Shown here: piece after piece, positions 49,517-57,868 of the stretch | Numbering within the stretch: the stretch's first letter is position 1 | Layout of the letters: the number at the start of each line of letters is the position of its first letter | Assembly: GCA_965367675.1 (NCBI GenBank) | Contig: CBDUJZ010000006.1 | Coordinates: forward strand, 2,016 to 66,015 | Length of the DNA: 64,000 nt | Direction of reading: 5' to 3' | Source: an uncultured Myxococcales bacterium | Lineage (GTDB): Bacteria; Myxococcota_A; Bradymonadia; REDH01 | The notes under the pieces: model-generated | Seen by the model: only the letters and a program-made list of their open reading frames with translations | Told to the model about the DNA's origin: nothing | The model's database searches: none | Translations under genes and position numbers: made by a program

Positions 49517-50574
49517 GTGTCGTTCGGGAGGGGGGACTGAAATTCGCCGGGCGTGCGGTTCGCGGCGGCGTTGTCGGCCAATCGGGCCGCTTGTCGCGTG
49601 CGCCGTCGTGCCTCGCGCTCTTCATCGTCGCGGTCGTATGCTGAAATGATACGCCGAACGAGTGGATGTCGAACGACATCGACTTCGGTGAACCTGCTGA
49701 TGGCGATACCGGGGACTCCATCGAGCAGTTCGACGGCGTGCCCAAGTCCGCTCTGGTAGCGGTCTTCCAGGTCGATCTGTGTGGCGTCACCGGTGATGAC
49801 GGCTTGTGAATCGAATCCCAACCGGGTGAGGAACATTTTCATCTGCGCGCGCGTGGCGTTCTGCGCTTCGTCGAAGATCACGAAGGCGTCGTTGAGCGTG
49901 CGGCCGCGCATGAAGGCGAGCGGCGCGACTTCTACGACGCCGCGTTCGATGAGCTGGTCGGCGCGCTCGATGTCGACCATGTCGTAGAGCGCATCGTAGA
50001 GGGGGCGCAGGTATGGGCTGACCTTGTCGCGCAGGTCTCCGGGCAGGAAGCCGAGCTTTTCGCCGGCTTCGACCGCGGGTCGCGTGAGGATGATGCGCTT
50101 GACCTGGCGTCGGTTGAGCGCGGCGACGGCGAGGGCCATCGCGAGGTAGGTTTTTCCCGTGCCGGCGGGGCCGAGCCCGAACACGACGTCGTTGGCGCGG
50201 ATGGTGTCGACGTAGGCTTTTTGGGCGTGGGTCTTCGGGGTGATGGGTCGCCCGGAGACGCCGTTCAAGATGGTGTCGTTGAACACCTTCGAGATGCGGG
50301 AGTCGGGGGCTTGGCGCAGGAGCTGCGCGGCGCGCACGATGTCGGCTCCGACGACGGGTTGGCCGCTGACGGCGAGCTCATAGAGCTGCTCGATGGCGCC
50401 GCGTGCGGTGGCCACGTCGAGCGGGTCGCCCACGATGGAGACCTGGGTCCCGCGGGTGTGGATGTCGACGGTGAGCTCGTCGGCGAGCAGACGCAGGTTC
50501 TCGTCCCGGTGCCCGAACACGGTGCGCGCGGCTTGGGAATCGGGAAGCTCGAAGCGAATGGGTTCGGCTGTCAT
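49513..50574 (-). CDS. phoH: PhoH-like ATPase (PhoH/YbeZ)
   Basis: ATG 50574 (MTAEPIRFELPD…). Walker A GPAGTGKTYLAMALAV. …IILTRPAVEAGEKLGFLPGDL… PhoH signature. ORF-track N-terminal extension rejected. Confidence 0.85.
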   Translation of the reverse strand: MTAEPIRFELPDSQAARTVFGHRDENLRLLADELTVDIHTRGTQVSIVGDPLDVATARGAIEQLYELAVSGQPVVGADIVRAAQLLRQAPDSRISKVFNDTILNGVSGRPITPKTHAQKAYVDTIRANDVVFGLGPAGTGKTYLAMALAVAALNRRQVKRIILTRPAVEAGEKLGFLPGDLRDKVSPYLRPLYDALYDMVDIERADQLIERGVVEVAPLAFMRGRTLNDAFVIFDEAQNATRAQMKMFLTRLGFDSQAVITGDATQIDLEDRYQSGLGHAVELLDGVPGIAISRFTEVDVVRHPLVRRIISAYDRDDEEREARRRTRQAARLADNAAANRTPGEFQSPLPNDT

Positions 50575-50765
50575 TCTGAGGGGGTTCGCGGCATGTTCTA
50601 GACAGAAACAGTAAGACTGGAACAGCGAGTTGGAACGCCTGAAGTGGCGCGGTCCCGACTGGAAGGACAGCCGCCGGTTGCGCGGCTGTCGATTCCCTCG
50701 CGCACCCGGAGACGCTAGAACAAGCGCGGAGTGCTGGAAAGCACCGAAGCCAGAAACAGGATCCG

Positions 50766-51599
50766 ATGTCAACGCCAAGTTCCCCGCCTCCGCCGTCCAT
50801 TCGCCACGCCGCCGACGCCGTGTCGATTCAGTCGTTCGCCGACGTCATCGCTTGCCTGCGCGCGCCGGACGGCTGCCCCTGGGACCTCGCTCAGACGCAC
50901 CAGACTCTGCGGAAGTATGCGCTCGAAGAGACGTATGAACTCGCGGACGCGATCGACGCTTCGGACGACGCCGCGATGCGCGAGGAGCTCGGCGACGTTT
51001 TGCTGCAGGTGGTGTTGCATGCGCAGCTGGCGGCCGAGCGCGGGGCGTTCACGCTTCAGGACGTGGTGGACGGCATCCGCGACAAGATGGTGCGCCGTCA
51101 CCCGCATGTGTTCGGAGACGCCGACGCCTCGGATCCGGCCGCCGTGGCCGAGCAGTGGGCGGCGACCAAGAAGGCGGAGGGGCGGCGATTGCTGGAGGGC
51201 GTGCCGCATTCCATGCCACCGCTGGACCAGGCGCGGAGTGTGTCGGACCGGGCGGGGCGCGTGGGGTTCGACTTTCCGGACGTTGTCGCGGCGATGGACA
51301 AGCTGCGCGAAGAGGTCGGCGAGCTCGCGGAGGCGCTGGAGTCTGGCGGCGTAGGCTCAGCGGCGGTCGCCGACGAGCTGGGCGATGTGCTGTTTGCCGC
51401 CGTCAACGTGGGGCGGAAGGCGTCGGTCGATGCATCCGACGCGGTGCGCTCGACGATCGCGAAGTTTCGCCGCCGGTTCGGGTTTGTGGAGTTGCGGTTG
51501 CTCGACGCGGGCCGCGGGTTCGAGGACGCGACGCTCGATGAGATGGAGGGGCTGTGGGGCGCGGCGAAGCGCGAAGAGACGGCAGCGCAAGCGGAGTGA
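50766..51599 (+). CDS. mazG: Nucleoside triphosphate pyrophosphohydrolase MazG (tandem MazG domains)
   Basis: …KYALEETYELADAID…EELGDVLLQVVLHAQL… and second repeat …LREEVGELAEALE…DELGDVLFAAVNV…. Confidence 0.85.
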   Translation: MSTPSSPPPPSIRHAADAVSIQSFADVIACLRAPDGCPWDLAQTHQTLRKYALEETYELADAIDASDDAAMREELGDVLLQVVLHAQLAAERGAFTLQDVVDGIRDKMVRRHPHVFGDADASDPAAVAEQWAATKKAEGRRLLEGVPHSMPPLDQARSVSDRAGRVGFDFPDVVAAMDKLREEVGELAEALESGGVGSAAVADELGDVLFAAVNVGRKASVDASDAVRSTIAKFRRRFGFVELRLLDAGRGFEDATLDEMEGLWGAAKREETAAQAE

Positions 51600-51770
51600 C
51601 ACGCGCTGCGCAGCTTGCGTGAAACCGTGCGGGCGGCGGCGGCGAGTGCTCGTCGTCGGTCGCTGGTGGGCGTGTGGAATGCGGGGCTGCTCGCGCAACG
51701 GAGCGCTGAACTGGCAGCATTGTCGCAACGCGGGCATACTCTAAGGCGGCGCCCCTCTCTCGGCTCATTG

Positions 51771-53921
51771 ATGCATCCGTTCGCACCGCGAAATCTCGTC
51801 GCCCGTTTCTCAGCGGCGCTCCGCGTGTTGGCGGTGGTCTTGGCTCTGGCGGTCTCGGCGCTGACGGTGCTCGCGCCGGCGACAGGGCAGTGCGCGGACG
51901 TGTCGTTGCCGAGCGTGCAGTTGCACGCGGTGGACGCGGCGTGGACGGCGTTTGCGCAGGCTGAGGCGGGCTCTGAGGAGCAGGCTCGGCTGTTCGAGCA
52001 GTTCCGCTCTCACGCTGCCGAGGTGGGCGTGTTGGAGTTGGACTCACACGCTGTGGCGCTGCTTCTTGAGGCTGCTGCTGCGCTCGACGCTGGCGATTCG
52101 GCGCGCGCGACGATCGCGTTGGACTACGCGTCGGAGCTGGCGCCGATGCTACCGCAGGTGGAGTTTCTGAGCGCCCACGCGGCGCGTGTTGCGGCCCCTT
52201 GGCGGCTCGACCGAGTGCTCTCTCACGCGGGACGTGGGCTGGCTCGGATGTCGGAGTCTCCGACCGGGCGGGCGGCGGTGCGTGCGCAGGCGATCGCTTG
52301 CGCGCTGATGCTCGCCGCGTTGTTCGCGGTGCTGTTCGCGGGCACCGTCGTGGTGCGTCATGGCAGCCGCGTGGCACACGATTTGCGGCTTCTGTTGCGC
52401 CGCGGTCCCACGCTGTCCCACGCGTCCGCGCTGGTCGCGCTAGCGGTGGTCATCCCGGCGCTGCTTTGGTGGAGTCCGCAGTTGTTTGTGACGTGCGCGC
52501 TCATCGTTGTGTCGGCGCACTTGGCATGGAAAGAACGTGTCGTGGCGCTGTTGTTGCTCGCGCTGGCCGTGGCGGCGCCCTCGCTCGCGCTGCGAATCGG
52601 CGTGCTCACGGAGCAGAGTTTGGTGGACCGCACGGACTACACCGGCGCGGTGGCGGCACGCTGTGGCACCCAATGTGTGGAGCATCTCGACGCTTCGATC
52701 GCGGCGGGGGATGAGCGTTCGCGGGTCGCGCGGGCGTGGGTGCACTATAAGACGGGCACCGAGGACCAGCACCGGCGCGCGTTGACGCTGCTCGACGAGG
52801 CTACGCTTTCGCCCGATGTGCTGGCGTCGGCTGCGCTGCTTCGGGGCAACGTGCTGTTCGCGAACGGCGATCTGGAGGGCGCTGCGACGCGCTTCGAGGA
52901 GTCTCGCGACGCGGCGCAGTCTCGCACCCAGCGGGCGGCCGCGTTGGTGAACTTGTACCGGGTCGAAGTGGCCCAGGGCCACCAGGGGACGGCGCAGCAG
53001 GTGGCGGCGGATGCCGAGCAAACGGCGGGCGATTTTGTGCGGGACTACTTTAGTTATCAGGGCACGTCGCAGAACCGATTGCTGGCGATCTCGCCGCTCG
53101 CTCCGCGCCCGGTGACGGTGGATGCGGACAGCACGATCGCGCGTTCGTTGGCGAGCCGTCGTCTCGCGCCTTGGCTGGGCAGCGTCCCGGTCGGTTGGGG
53201 GCTGGTCGGCCTGGTTGTGGCGGCGATCTGTGTGCTGCTCGGCGGCTGGGCGCAGCGTCGGCAGCTGGTGTCTCAGCGGTGCACGCGGTGCGCGACGCCG
53301 GTGTCGCGGTTTGTGCTCGCGCCGGCGTTCGAGGCGAAGCTGTGCGTGCTTTGTTACCAACTCGAGGTTGCGCGCGACGGTCTGCGGGCGCCTCAGATCT
53401 TCGCGCGCGAGGAGCGCATCGCGGATTGGCGTGAGTCGGCGCCTCGTTTGGTGCGAATCGCGAACGCGGCTGCGCCCGGCGCGGGCTTGCTGAGCGCGGG
53501 TTGGACGCTCACTGGCGCAGGAGTGCTCGCGCTGTTCTGCGGTGGTGTGGCGCTCTTGGTGGTGCCGCAGGCGGCGACGCAGATGGCGCTGAGCGTGAGG
53601 CCGGAGCTGGCGGTCGATGGGGCGAATTGGGTCGCTGGCGGCGGAATCCTGCTGGCGTATGTGCTCGCTTTCGCGCTGTCTGGCCGCGCTGGCCGCATCG
53701 TGTCGCTGGACGGCGCTTCGGACGAGGCGCCCGCGGAGCGGCCGAAAGCGACGGACAGCGGGAGTGGTAGAGCGCGCGCCGGAGGCAAGCCTCGCGCAGG
53801 CTCTAGCGCCGTTCCACGCGCAGGCTCTAGCGCCGTTCCACGCGCAGGCTCTAGCGCCGTTCCTCGGACGGGCGGCGCCGGTCGGAGCGGCAAGGGGCCG
53901 GGCGCTCGGAGGACCTCATGA
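51771..53921 (+). CDS. Polytopic membrane protein with TPR-like region and a CxxC…CxxC zinc-ribbon-like motif. C-terminus carries a triplicated 8-aa repeat
   Basis: ATG 51771 (MHPFAPRNLVARFSAALRVLAVVLALAVSA). Multiple TM helices. TPR-like block (…LLRGNVLFANGDLEGAATRFEE…). CTRCATPVS…CVLCY. Tail PRAGSSAVPRAGSSAVPRAGSSAVPR. Confidence 0.55.
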   Translation: MHPFAPRNLVARFSAALRVLAVVLALAVSALTVLAPATGQCADVSLPSVQLHAVDAAWTAFAQAEAGSEEQARLFEQFRSHAAEVGVLELDSHAVALLLEAAAALDAGDSARATIALDYASELAPMLPQVEFLSAHAARVAAPWRLDRVLSHAGRGLARMSESPTGRAAVRAQAIACALMLAALFAVLFAGTVVVRHGSRVAHDLRLLLRRGPTLSHASALVALAVVIPALLWWSPQLFVTCALIVVSAHLAWKERVVALLLLALAVAAPSLALRIGVLTEQSLVDRTDYTGAVAARCGTQCVEHLDASIAAGDERSRVARAWVHYKTGTEDQHRRALTLLDEATLSPDVLASAALLRGNVLFANGDLEGAATRFEESRDAAQSRTQRAAALVNLYRVEVAQGHQGTAQQVAADAEQTAGDFVRDYFSYQGTSQNRLLAISPLAPRPVTVDADSTIARSLASRRLAPWLGSVPVGWGLVGLVVAAICVLLGGWAQRRQLVSQRCTRCATPVSRFVLAPAFEAKLCVLCYQLEVARDGLRAPQIFAREERIADWRESAPRLVRIANAAAPGAGLLSAGWTLTGAGVLALFCGGVALLVVPQAATQMALSVRPELAVDGANWVAGGGILLAYVLAFALSGRAGRIVSLDGASDEAPAERPKATDSGSGRARAGGKPRAGSSAVPRAGSSAVPRAGSSAVPRTGGAGRSGKGPGARRTS
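53795..53866. repeat. Three tandem copies of a 24-nt unit (gcaggctctagcgccgttccacgc) inside the 3' end of the preceding CDS
   Basis: Read directly. Copies 1 and 2 are identical. Copy 3 differs at one position (cca→cct). Encodes (PRAGSSAV)x3. Confidence 0.8.
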
Positions 53922-54304
53922 GGCGGGTACGCTCACGGGAAGAGCGCGCCGCGGCGTTGGCGCGCGGTTCGATTCGCTACATCATGACGGCGTTGATTAC
54001 GGTCGTGGTGCTGTCGGTCGGCATTCGGTTGTATCTGTCGCGGAACCTGCCCGAGCGGGCGGAGCATGTGCTGACGCCGGCGCCGACGGCCGCGGAGCGG
54101 GTGGAGACCGAGCGCCGACTCGCGCGAATTGCCGCCAGCCTGGACGTGTTCCGGCTGCGGCACGGCGCATATCCGGCGTCGTTGGACGCGCTCGTGCAGG
54201 ACGGCTTGGTGCAGGCATCGGAACTGCGATTGCGCGCGTACCAAGAGTCGTTCTATTATCGTGGCACACCAGAGACTTACACGCTGTATCCACCCGCGTT
54301 TTAA
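53918..54304 (+). CDS. Small membrane-anchored protein with a GspG/pseudopilin-like core motif but no canonical prepilin leader
   Basis: ATG 53918 overlaps the upstream TGA (ATGA). TM IMTALITVVVLSVGI. …RIAASLDVFRLRHGAYPASLDALVQDGLV… resembles the GspG alpha-beta core (LD.Y.LDNGRYP..L..LV). Confidence 0.5.
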   Translation: MRRVRSREERAAALARGSIRYIMTALITVVVLSVGIRLYLSRNLPERAEHVLTPAPTAAERVETERRLARIAASLDVFRLRHGAYPASLDALVQDGLVQASELRLRAYQESFYYRGTPETYTLYPPAF

Positions 54305-54430
54305 GCGTCGGTGTGGGGCGTGAAAATGAACACGCGCCGTGGCGTTCCGTCTCACTGTGGCACTGCCGCTGGTTTTCGTGCGTTGACACGCGCGAATGGT
54401 CCTCGTACCGCCCCGACTCTCTCTTGGTCG

Positions 54431-55600
54431 ATGATGATGAATCACCTTACTCGTTTTGCGCTGCTGCTCGTCTTGTTCGGATTGAGCGCCGTCGCGACTG
54501 CCCAGGATGCCAACGTGGACGCCGCACGCGAGGCCTTCTGGGAAGGCAACGATGCGTACGTGGACGGCGACTATCCGGCCGCCGTGCAGGCGTTCCAAGA
54601 GGCGTACAACCTGGCGCCGAACGCGCAGCTGCTCGAGTACATGGGCCGCGCGTACGTGGGCATGGGGCGCTACGCGGAGGCGATCGAGTCGTTTGAGCAG
54701 TTCGCCGTCGAGGCGCCGGATCACGCTGAGTCGATCGCCGAGACGGTGGCAGGTTTGCGCGCGGATATGTGGTCATCGGCGCTCGGCGCGCTGGGCTCGC
54801 GCCTCGACTCCGCGCTGGCCGTGGCGACCGGCGAGCAGCCGCGGTCGCAGCTCGACGCTCGGGCGGAGCTGGGCACGCGGATGACCAACGTGCCGATTCA
54901 AGTGACGAGCACGCCGCGCGCGGCTGAGGTGTATATCGACGGCGTGGAGTTCGGCTCGTTCGGCGTCACGCCTCTCGACACGCGGTTGTTCACGGGTCCC
55001 CACCTGATCGAGATTCGGAAGCCATTCTATGAGCCTGCGAGCCGGGTGGTGAACGTGTCGGTGCCGCGCCGCGGTGAGTCGATTTTGGTCGCAGACTTCG
55101 AGTTGGAGCGCCGCCAGGTGGACTGCCGAGTGACGGTGCGCCCGTTGACCGCGCGCGTTTCACACGTGTCAGAGGACGGCACGCGCACGGACCTGGGCAC
55201 CGGTGGCTGGGCGGGCACGCTGCCGGCTGGTCCGGGCACGTTCATTGTGCAGAACGCTGGCCGCGACCGCCGCGTCGAGATGACAGTTGATGTACCCGAG
55301 GACGGCAGCACGCTTGAGATTCCGCTCACGTTGAGCGCCGTGGCGTCGACGTCCATCACGATCGAAGTTGGCACGCTCGTGGTCGTGAACCAAGTGGATG
55401 AAGGTTCGGTGCGAATCGATGGTCGAGAGGTTGGCGTCGGTTTGGGAGAGTTCTCAACCGATCTGACACCCGGCGTGCATCGCCTTGTGGTTTCGCGCGA
55501 CGGTTACGAGTCGTTCGAGCAAGAAGTGACGGTGACCGCCGGTTCGTCGGCGACCCTGTATGTAAACGCGCTCCAGCGCAGCGGTAGAAGGCAGAGATGA
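54431..55600 (+). CDS. Secreted TPR plus tandem PEGA-domain protein
   Basis: ATG 54431 (MMMNHLTRFALLLVLFGLSAVATAQ). TPR-like helices (…AVQAFQEAYNLAPNAQLLEYMGRAYVGMGRYAEAIESF…). PEGA-like modules (…AEVYIDGVEFGSFGVTPLDTRLFTGPHLIEIRKPFYEPA… and …VRIDGREVGVGLGEFSTDLTPGVHRLVVSRDGYESFEQ…). Confidence 0.6.
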   Translation: MMMNHLTRFALLLVLFGLSAVATAQDANVDAAREAFWEGNDAYVDGDYPAAVQAFQEAYNLAPNAQLLEYMGRAYVGMGRYAEAIESFEQFAVEAPDHAESIAETVAGLRADMWSSALGALGSRLDSALAVATGEQPRSQLDARAELGTRMTNVPIQVTSTPRAAEVYIDGVEFGSFGVTPLDTRLFTGPHLIEIRKPFYEPASRVVNVSVPRRGESILVADFELERRQVDCRVTVRPLTARVSHVSEDGTRTDLGTGGWAGTLPAGPGTFIVQNAGRDRRVEMTVDVPEDGSTLEIPLTLSAVASTSITIEVGTLVVVNQVDEGSVRIDGREVGVGLGEFSTDLTPGVHRLVVSRDGYESFEQEVTVTAGSSATLYVNALQRSGRRQR

Positions 55601-56091
55601 GTAGCTCCAAGATCAAGACGACAGACAAGACCCTGACCCCGAGCGCCACGGCCGGCTCGACTCCCAGCTTGGACATCTTCTCGCCCGAAGAGCGCGAGAC
55701 GATTCTCGAGACGTTCGGGCGCCTGTTTGGTGCGTCGCTTCGCCGAGGAGAGCGCTTCGGTGTTGTTGGCTCGGTGGTGGAAACCCGCCTGATCGTCGCC
55801 ATCGAGATCGCGGATCCGGACCGTACGGAAGTGGCGACGTTCGAGGTGGGCCATGCGATCGGCGGCGACGACGACGTGCCGGTGATCGAGGCGCGCGCGC
55901 GTGCGATCGAGTTCGGGCACGAGGCCGTGAGCACGTACCTGCAGAGCGACCGTTGGCCGGCGCCGCACATGGATTGGCGGGAGTACACGTTCGACGGAAA
56001 GCCGCTGTATTTCCGCGGCACGGTCCGGAACGAGAAGGTCGAGGCGGCGGCGGATGCGTTTCTTGCGGAGGCGGAAGCGGCGGGCAAATGA
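55597..56091 (+). CDS. Hypothetical cytoplasmic protein (coupled)
   Basis: ATG 55597 overlaps upstream TGA (ATGA). No recognisable domain. Confidence 0.45.
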   Translation: MSSSKIKTTDKTLTPSATAGSTPSLDIFSPEERETILETFGRLFGASLRRGERFGVVGSVVETRLIVAIEIADPDRTEVATFEVGHAIGGDDDVPVIEARARAIEFGHEAVSTYLQSDRWPAPHMDWREYTFDGKPLYFRGTVRNEKVEAAADAFLAEAEAAGK

Positions 56092-56687
56092 GGCTTCGGA
56101 CCGAACGCCGAATCTCGCTCGTCGCCGTCGTCGCGTTCTACGCGATCATGGCGGCGATCGGCATTGGCGGGTCGCTGTGGCTGTTCGACACCCTACCGGT
56201 TCGCATCGGGGAGCGGTCGGTACCGCCGACCTGGAGCGTCGGGATCGGCGTGGCGTTCGCGGGGCTCGTGGTGCTGTTCAGCCGGTACAGCCACGCCAAC
56301 TTTGAGTGGGCGCGGGCGCTGGACGACAACTTCCATGACCTGCTGGGTGACGTGAGTCCGACGGATGCGGCGGTGATGGCGCTGTCGAGCGGCTTGGCCG
56401 AGGAGCTGTTGTTCCGGGGCTTCGTTCTGCGGCTGTTTCTGCCTTGGGAGGGCGAAGCGAGCGTCGCACGGATGGTGCTAGCAGCAGTTATTTCGTCGAT
56501 TCTGTTCGGCGCGCTACACACGGGGTCCGATCGCAGCTATTTGCCCTGGACCGCCTTCGCGACACTAATGGGAGGTGCATTCGCGGCGATGACGCTGTGG
56601 ACCGGCGATATCACCGCTGCCGTGGTCGCTCACTTAACGGTGAACTACTTCAACTTCCTCGCTCTTGGATCGCAAGCCGACGCCTGA
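56088..56687 (+). CDS. CPBP-family (CAAX protease-like) intramembrane metalloprotease
   Basis: ATG 56088 overlaps upstream TGA (ATGA). Motifs EELLFRG, …FGALH…, …AHLTVN… embedded in TM helices. Confidence 0.7.
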   Translation: MRLRTERRISLVAVVAFYAIMAAIGIGGSLWLFDTLPVRIGERSVPPTWSVGIGVAFAGLVVLFSRYSHANFEWARALDDNFHDLLGDVSPTDAAVMALSSGLAEELLFRGFVLRLFLPWEGEASVARMVLAAVISSILFGALHTGSDRSYLPWTAFATLMGGAFAAMTLWTGDITAAVVAHLTVNYFNFLALGSQADA

Positions 56688-56938
56688 TGCATGGCACTCC
56701 CTACGAGGCCCTGGTCGCGTTCATACTCTCCGTTGACCGGACAGTACTGACGTACCTGATGCCAATCGACGCGTTCTTCAGCATCGCGGCGGTGGCGATG
56801 TTGAGTCGCGGCCGGCGTCCGCTGGAGCTGTTTGCGCTGTTCCTGATCAACTTCGTGATCATTCTGGCGCTGGCTTGGCTGGTGTTCCACGTCATCCTCG
56901 ACCGGCCGTTCTTTCGGCTCGAGGTGGTCAGCTATTGA
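56687..56938 (+). CDS. Small two-TM membrane protein (83 aa), coupled to the CPBP gene
   Basis: ATG 56687 shares a base with the upstream TGA (TGATG). Hydrophobic helices (…FFSIAAVAML…, …LFLINFVIILALAWLVFHVIL…). Confidence 0.4.
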   Translation: MHGTPYEALVAFILSVDRTVLTYLMPIDAFFSIAAVAMLSRGRRPLELFALFLINFVIILALAWLVFHVILDRPFFRLEVVSY

Positions 56939-57798
56939 CCCCGCGGGGTGACGTCGCGGCAGCGCTGGAGGAGGCAGCCGCTGCGTTCGACGGTCGCGCT
57001 CGGTTGCCGCACGACCCGCTGGGCAAGGTCCGTGAACGGGCGCCGGTGGAGTGGGAGATCGCGGCGCATATCGCCTCGACGCTCGCCTACGGGGCGGTGC
57101 CGCTCCTGCGCCGCGCGATCGGCGAGGTGTTCGAGACGCTGGGGCCCGACCTGCGGGTCGCGCTGCAGGGGTTTCGAGCGGGCGATTTCACACACGCGAA
57201 CCCGCGCTTTGTGTATCGAATGACGCGCGCGGAGGATGTGGACGCGTTGCTGCTCGGGCTCTCTCGGTTGCTGGGCGAGTTTGGCACGTTGGGCGCAGCG
57301 TTCGCGGCCGGAGACACGCACCGCGGTGACGTGAATGGGGCGCTCGGCAACTACGTGGCGCTGCTGCGCGGGGCGATGGAGACGGAGCGCCGCGGCGCGC
57401 GTTATCTGACGCCGGACCCGCGGACGGGCTCAGCCGCCAAGCGCTGGCATCTGATGCTGCGGTGGCTGGTGCGTGCCGACGACGGCGTGGACTTGGGGCT
57501 GTGGCGCGAAGTGGGCGCCGAGCGTTTGGTGCTGCCGCTCGATACGCACGTGTCGCGATTGGTTCGCGCGTTGGGCTTCACGGCGAGGCGCACCGCCGAC
57601 TATCGCATGGCCCGCGAGGCGACGGACGCGTTGGCGGCCATCGATCCGTCGGACCCGATGCGCTTCGACATGCCGCTGTGTCATCTGGGAATCGCGCGAG
57701 CGTGCGTGCATGAATGGAGCGACGAGACGTGCCCGACATGCCCTCTGCGCGGCGTGTGCACGTGGACGAGCGGCCAAGAACGGGCGTCGCGCGCTTGA
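56935..57798 (+). CDS. HhH-GPD-like / TIGR02757-like hypothetical protein (start uncertain)
   Basis: TTG 56935 overlaps upstream TGA. Alternative TTG at 56875. …LVLPLDTHVSRLVRALGF… resembles the helix-hairpin-helix of DNA-glycosylase-like proteins. C-terminal CxxC…C cluster (…ETCPTCPLRGVC…). Family guess is from memory. Confidence 0.45.
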   Translation: MTPRGDVAAALEEAAAAFDGRARLPHDPLGKVRERAPVEWEIAAHIASTLAYGAVPLLRRAIGEVFETLGPDLRVALQGFRAGDFTHANPRFVYRMTRAEDVDALLLGLSRLLGEFGTLGAAFAAGDTHRGDVNGALGNYVALLRGAMETERRGARYLTPDPRTGSAAKRWHLMLRWLVRADDGVDLGLWREVGAERLVLPLDTHVSRLVRALGFTARRTADYRMAREATDALAAIDPSDPMRFDMPLCHLGIARACVHEWSDETCPTCPLRGVCTWTSGQERASRA

Positions 57799-57868
57799 TT
57801 CCGATTCGTTAGCAGCGCTAGTATCCCGCCGATATTCGCAGGTTCTTGAAATTGGAGCAGAAATCGTG

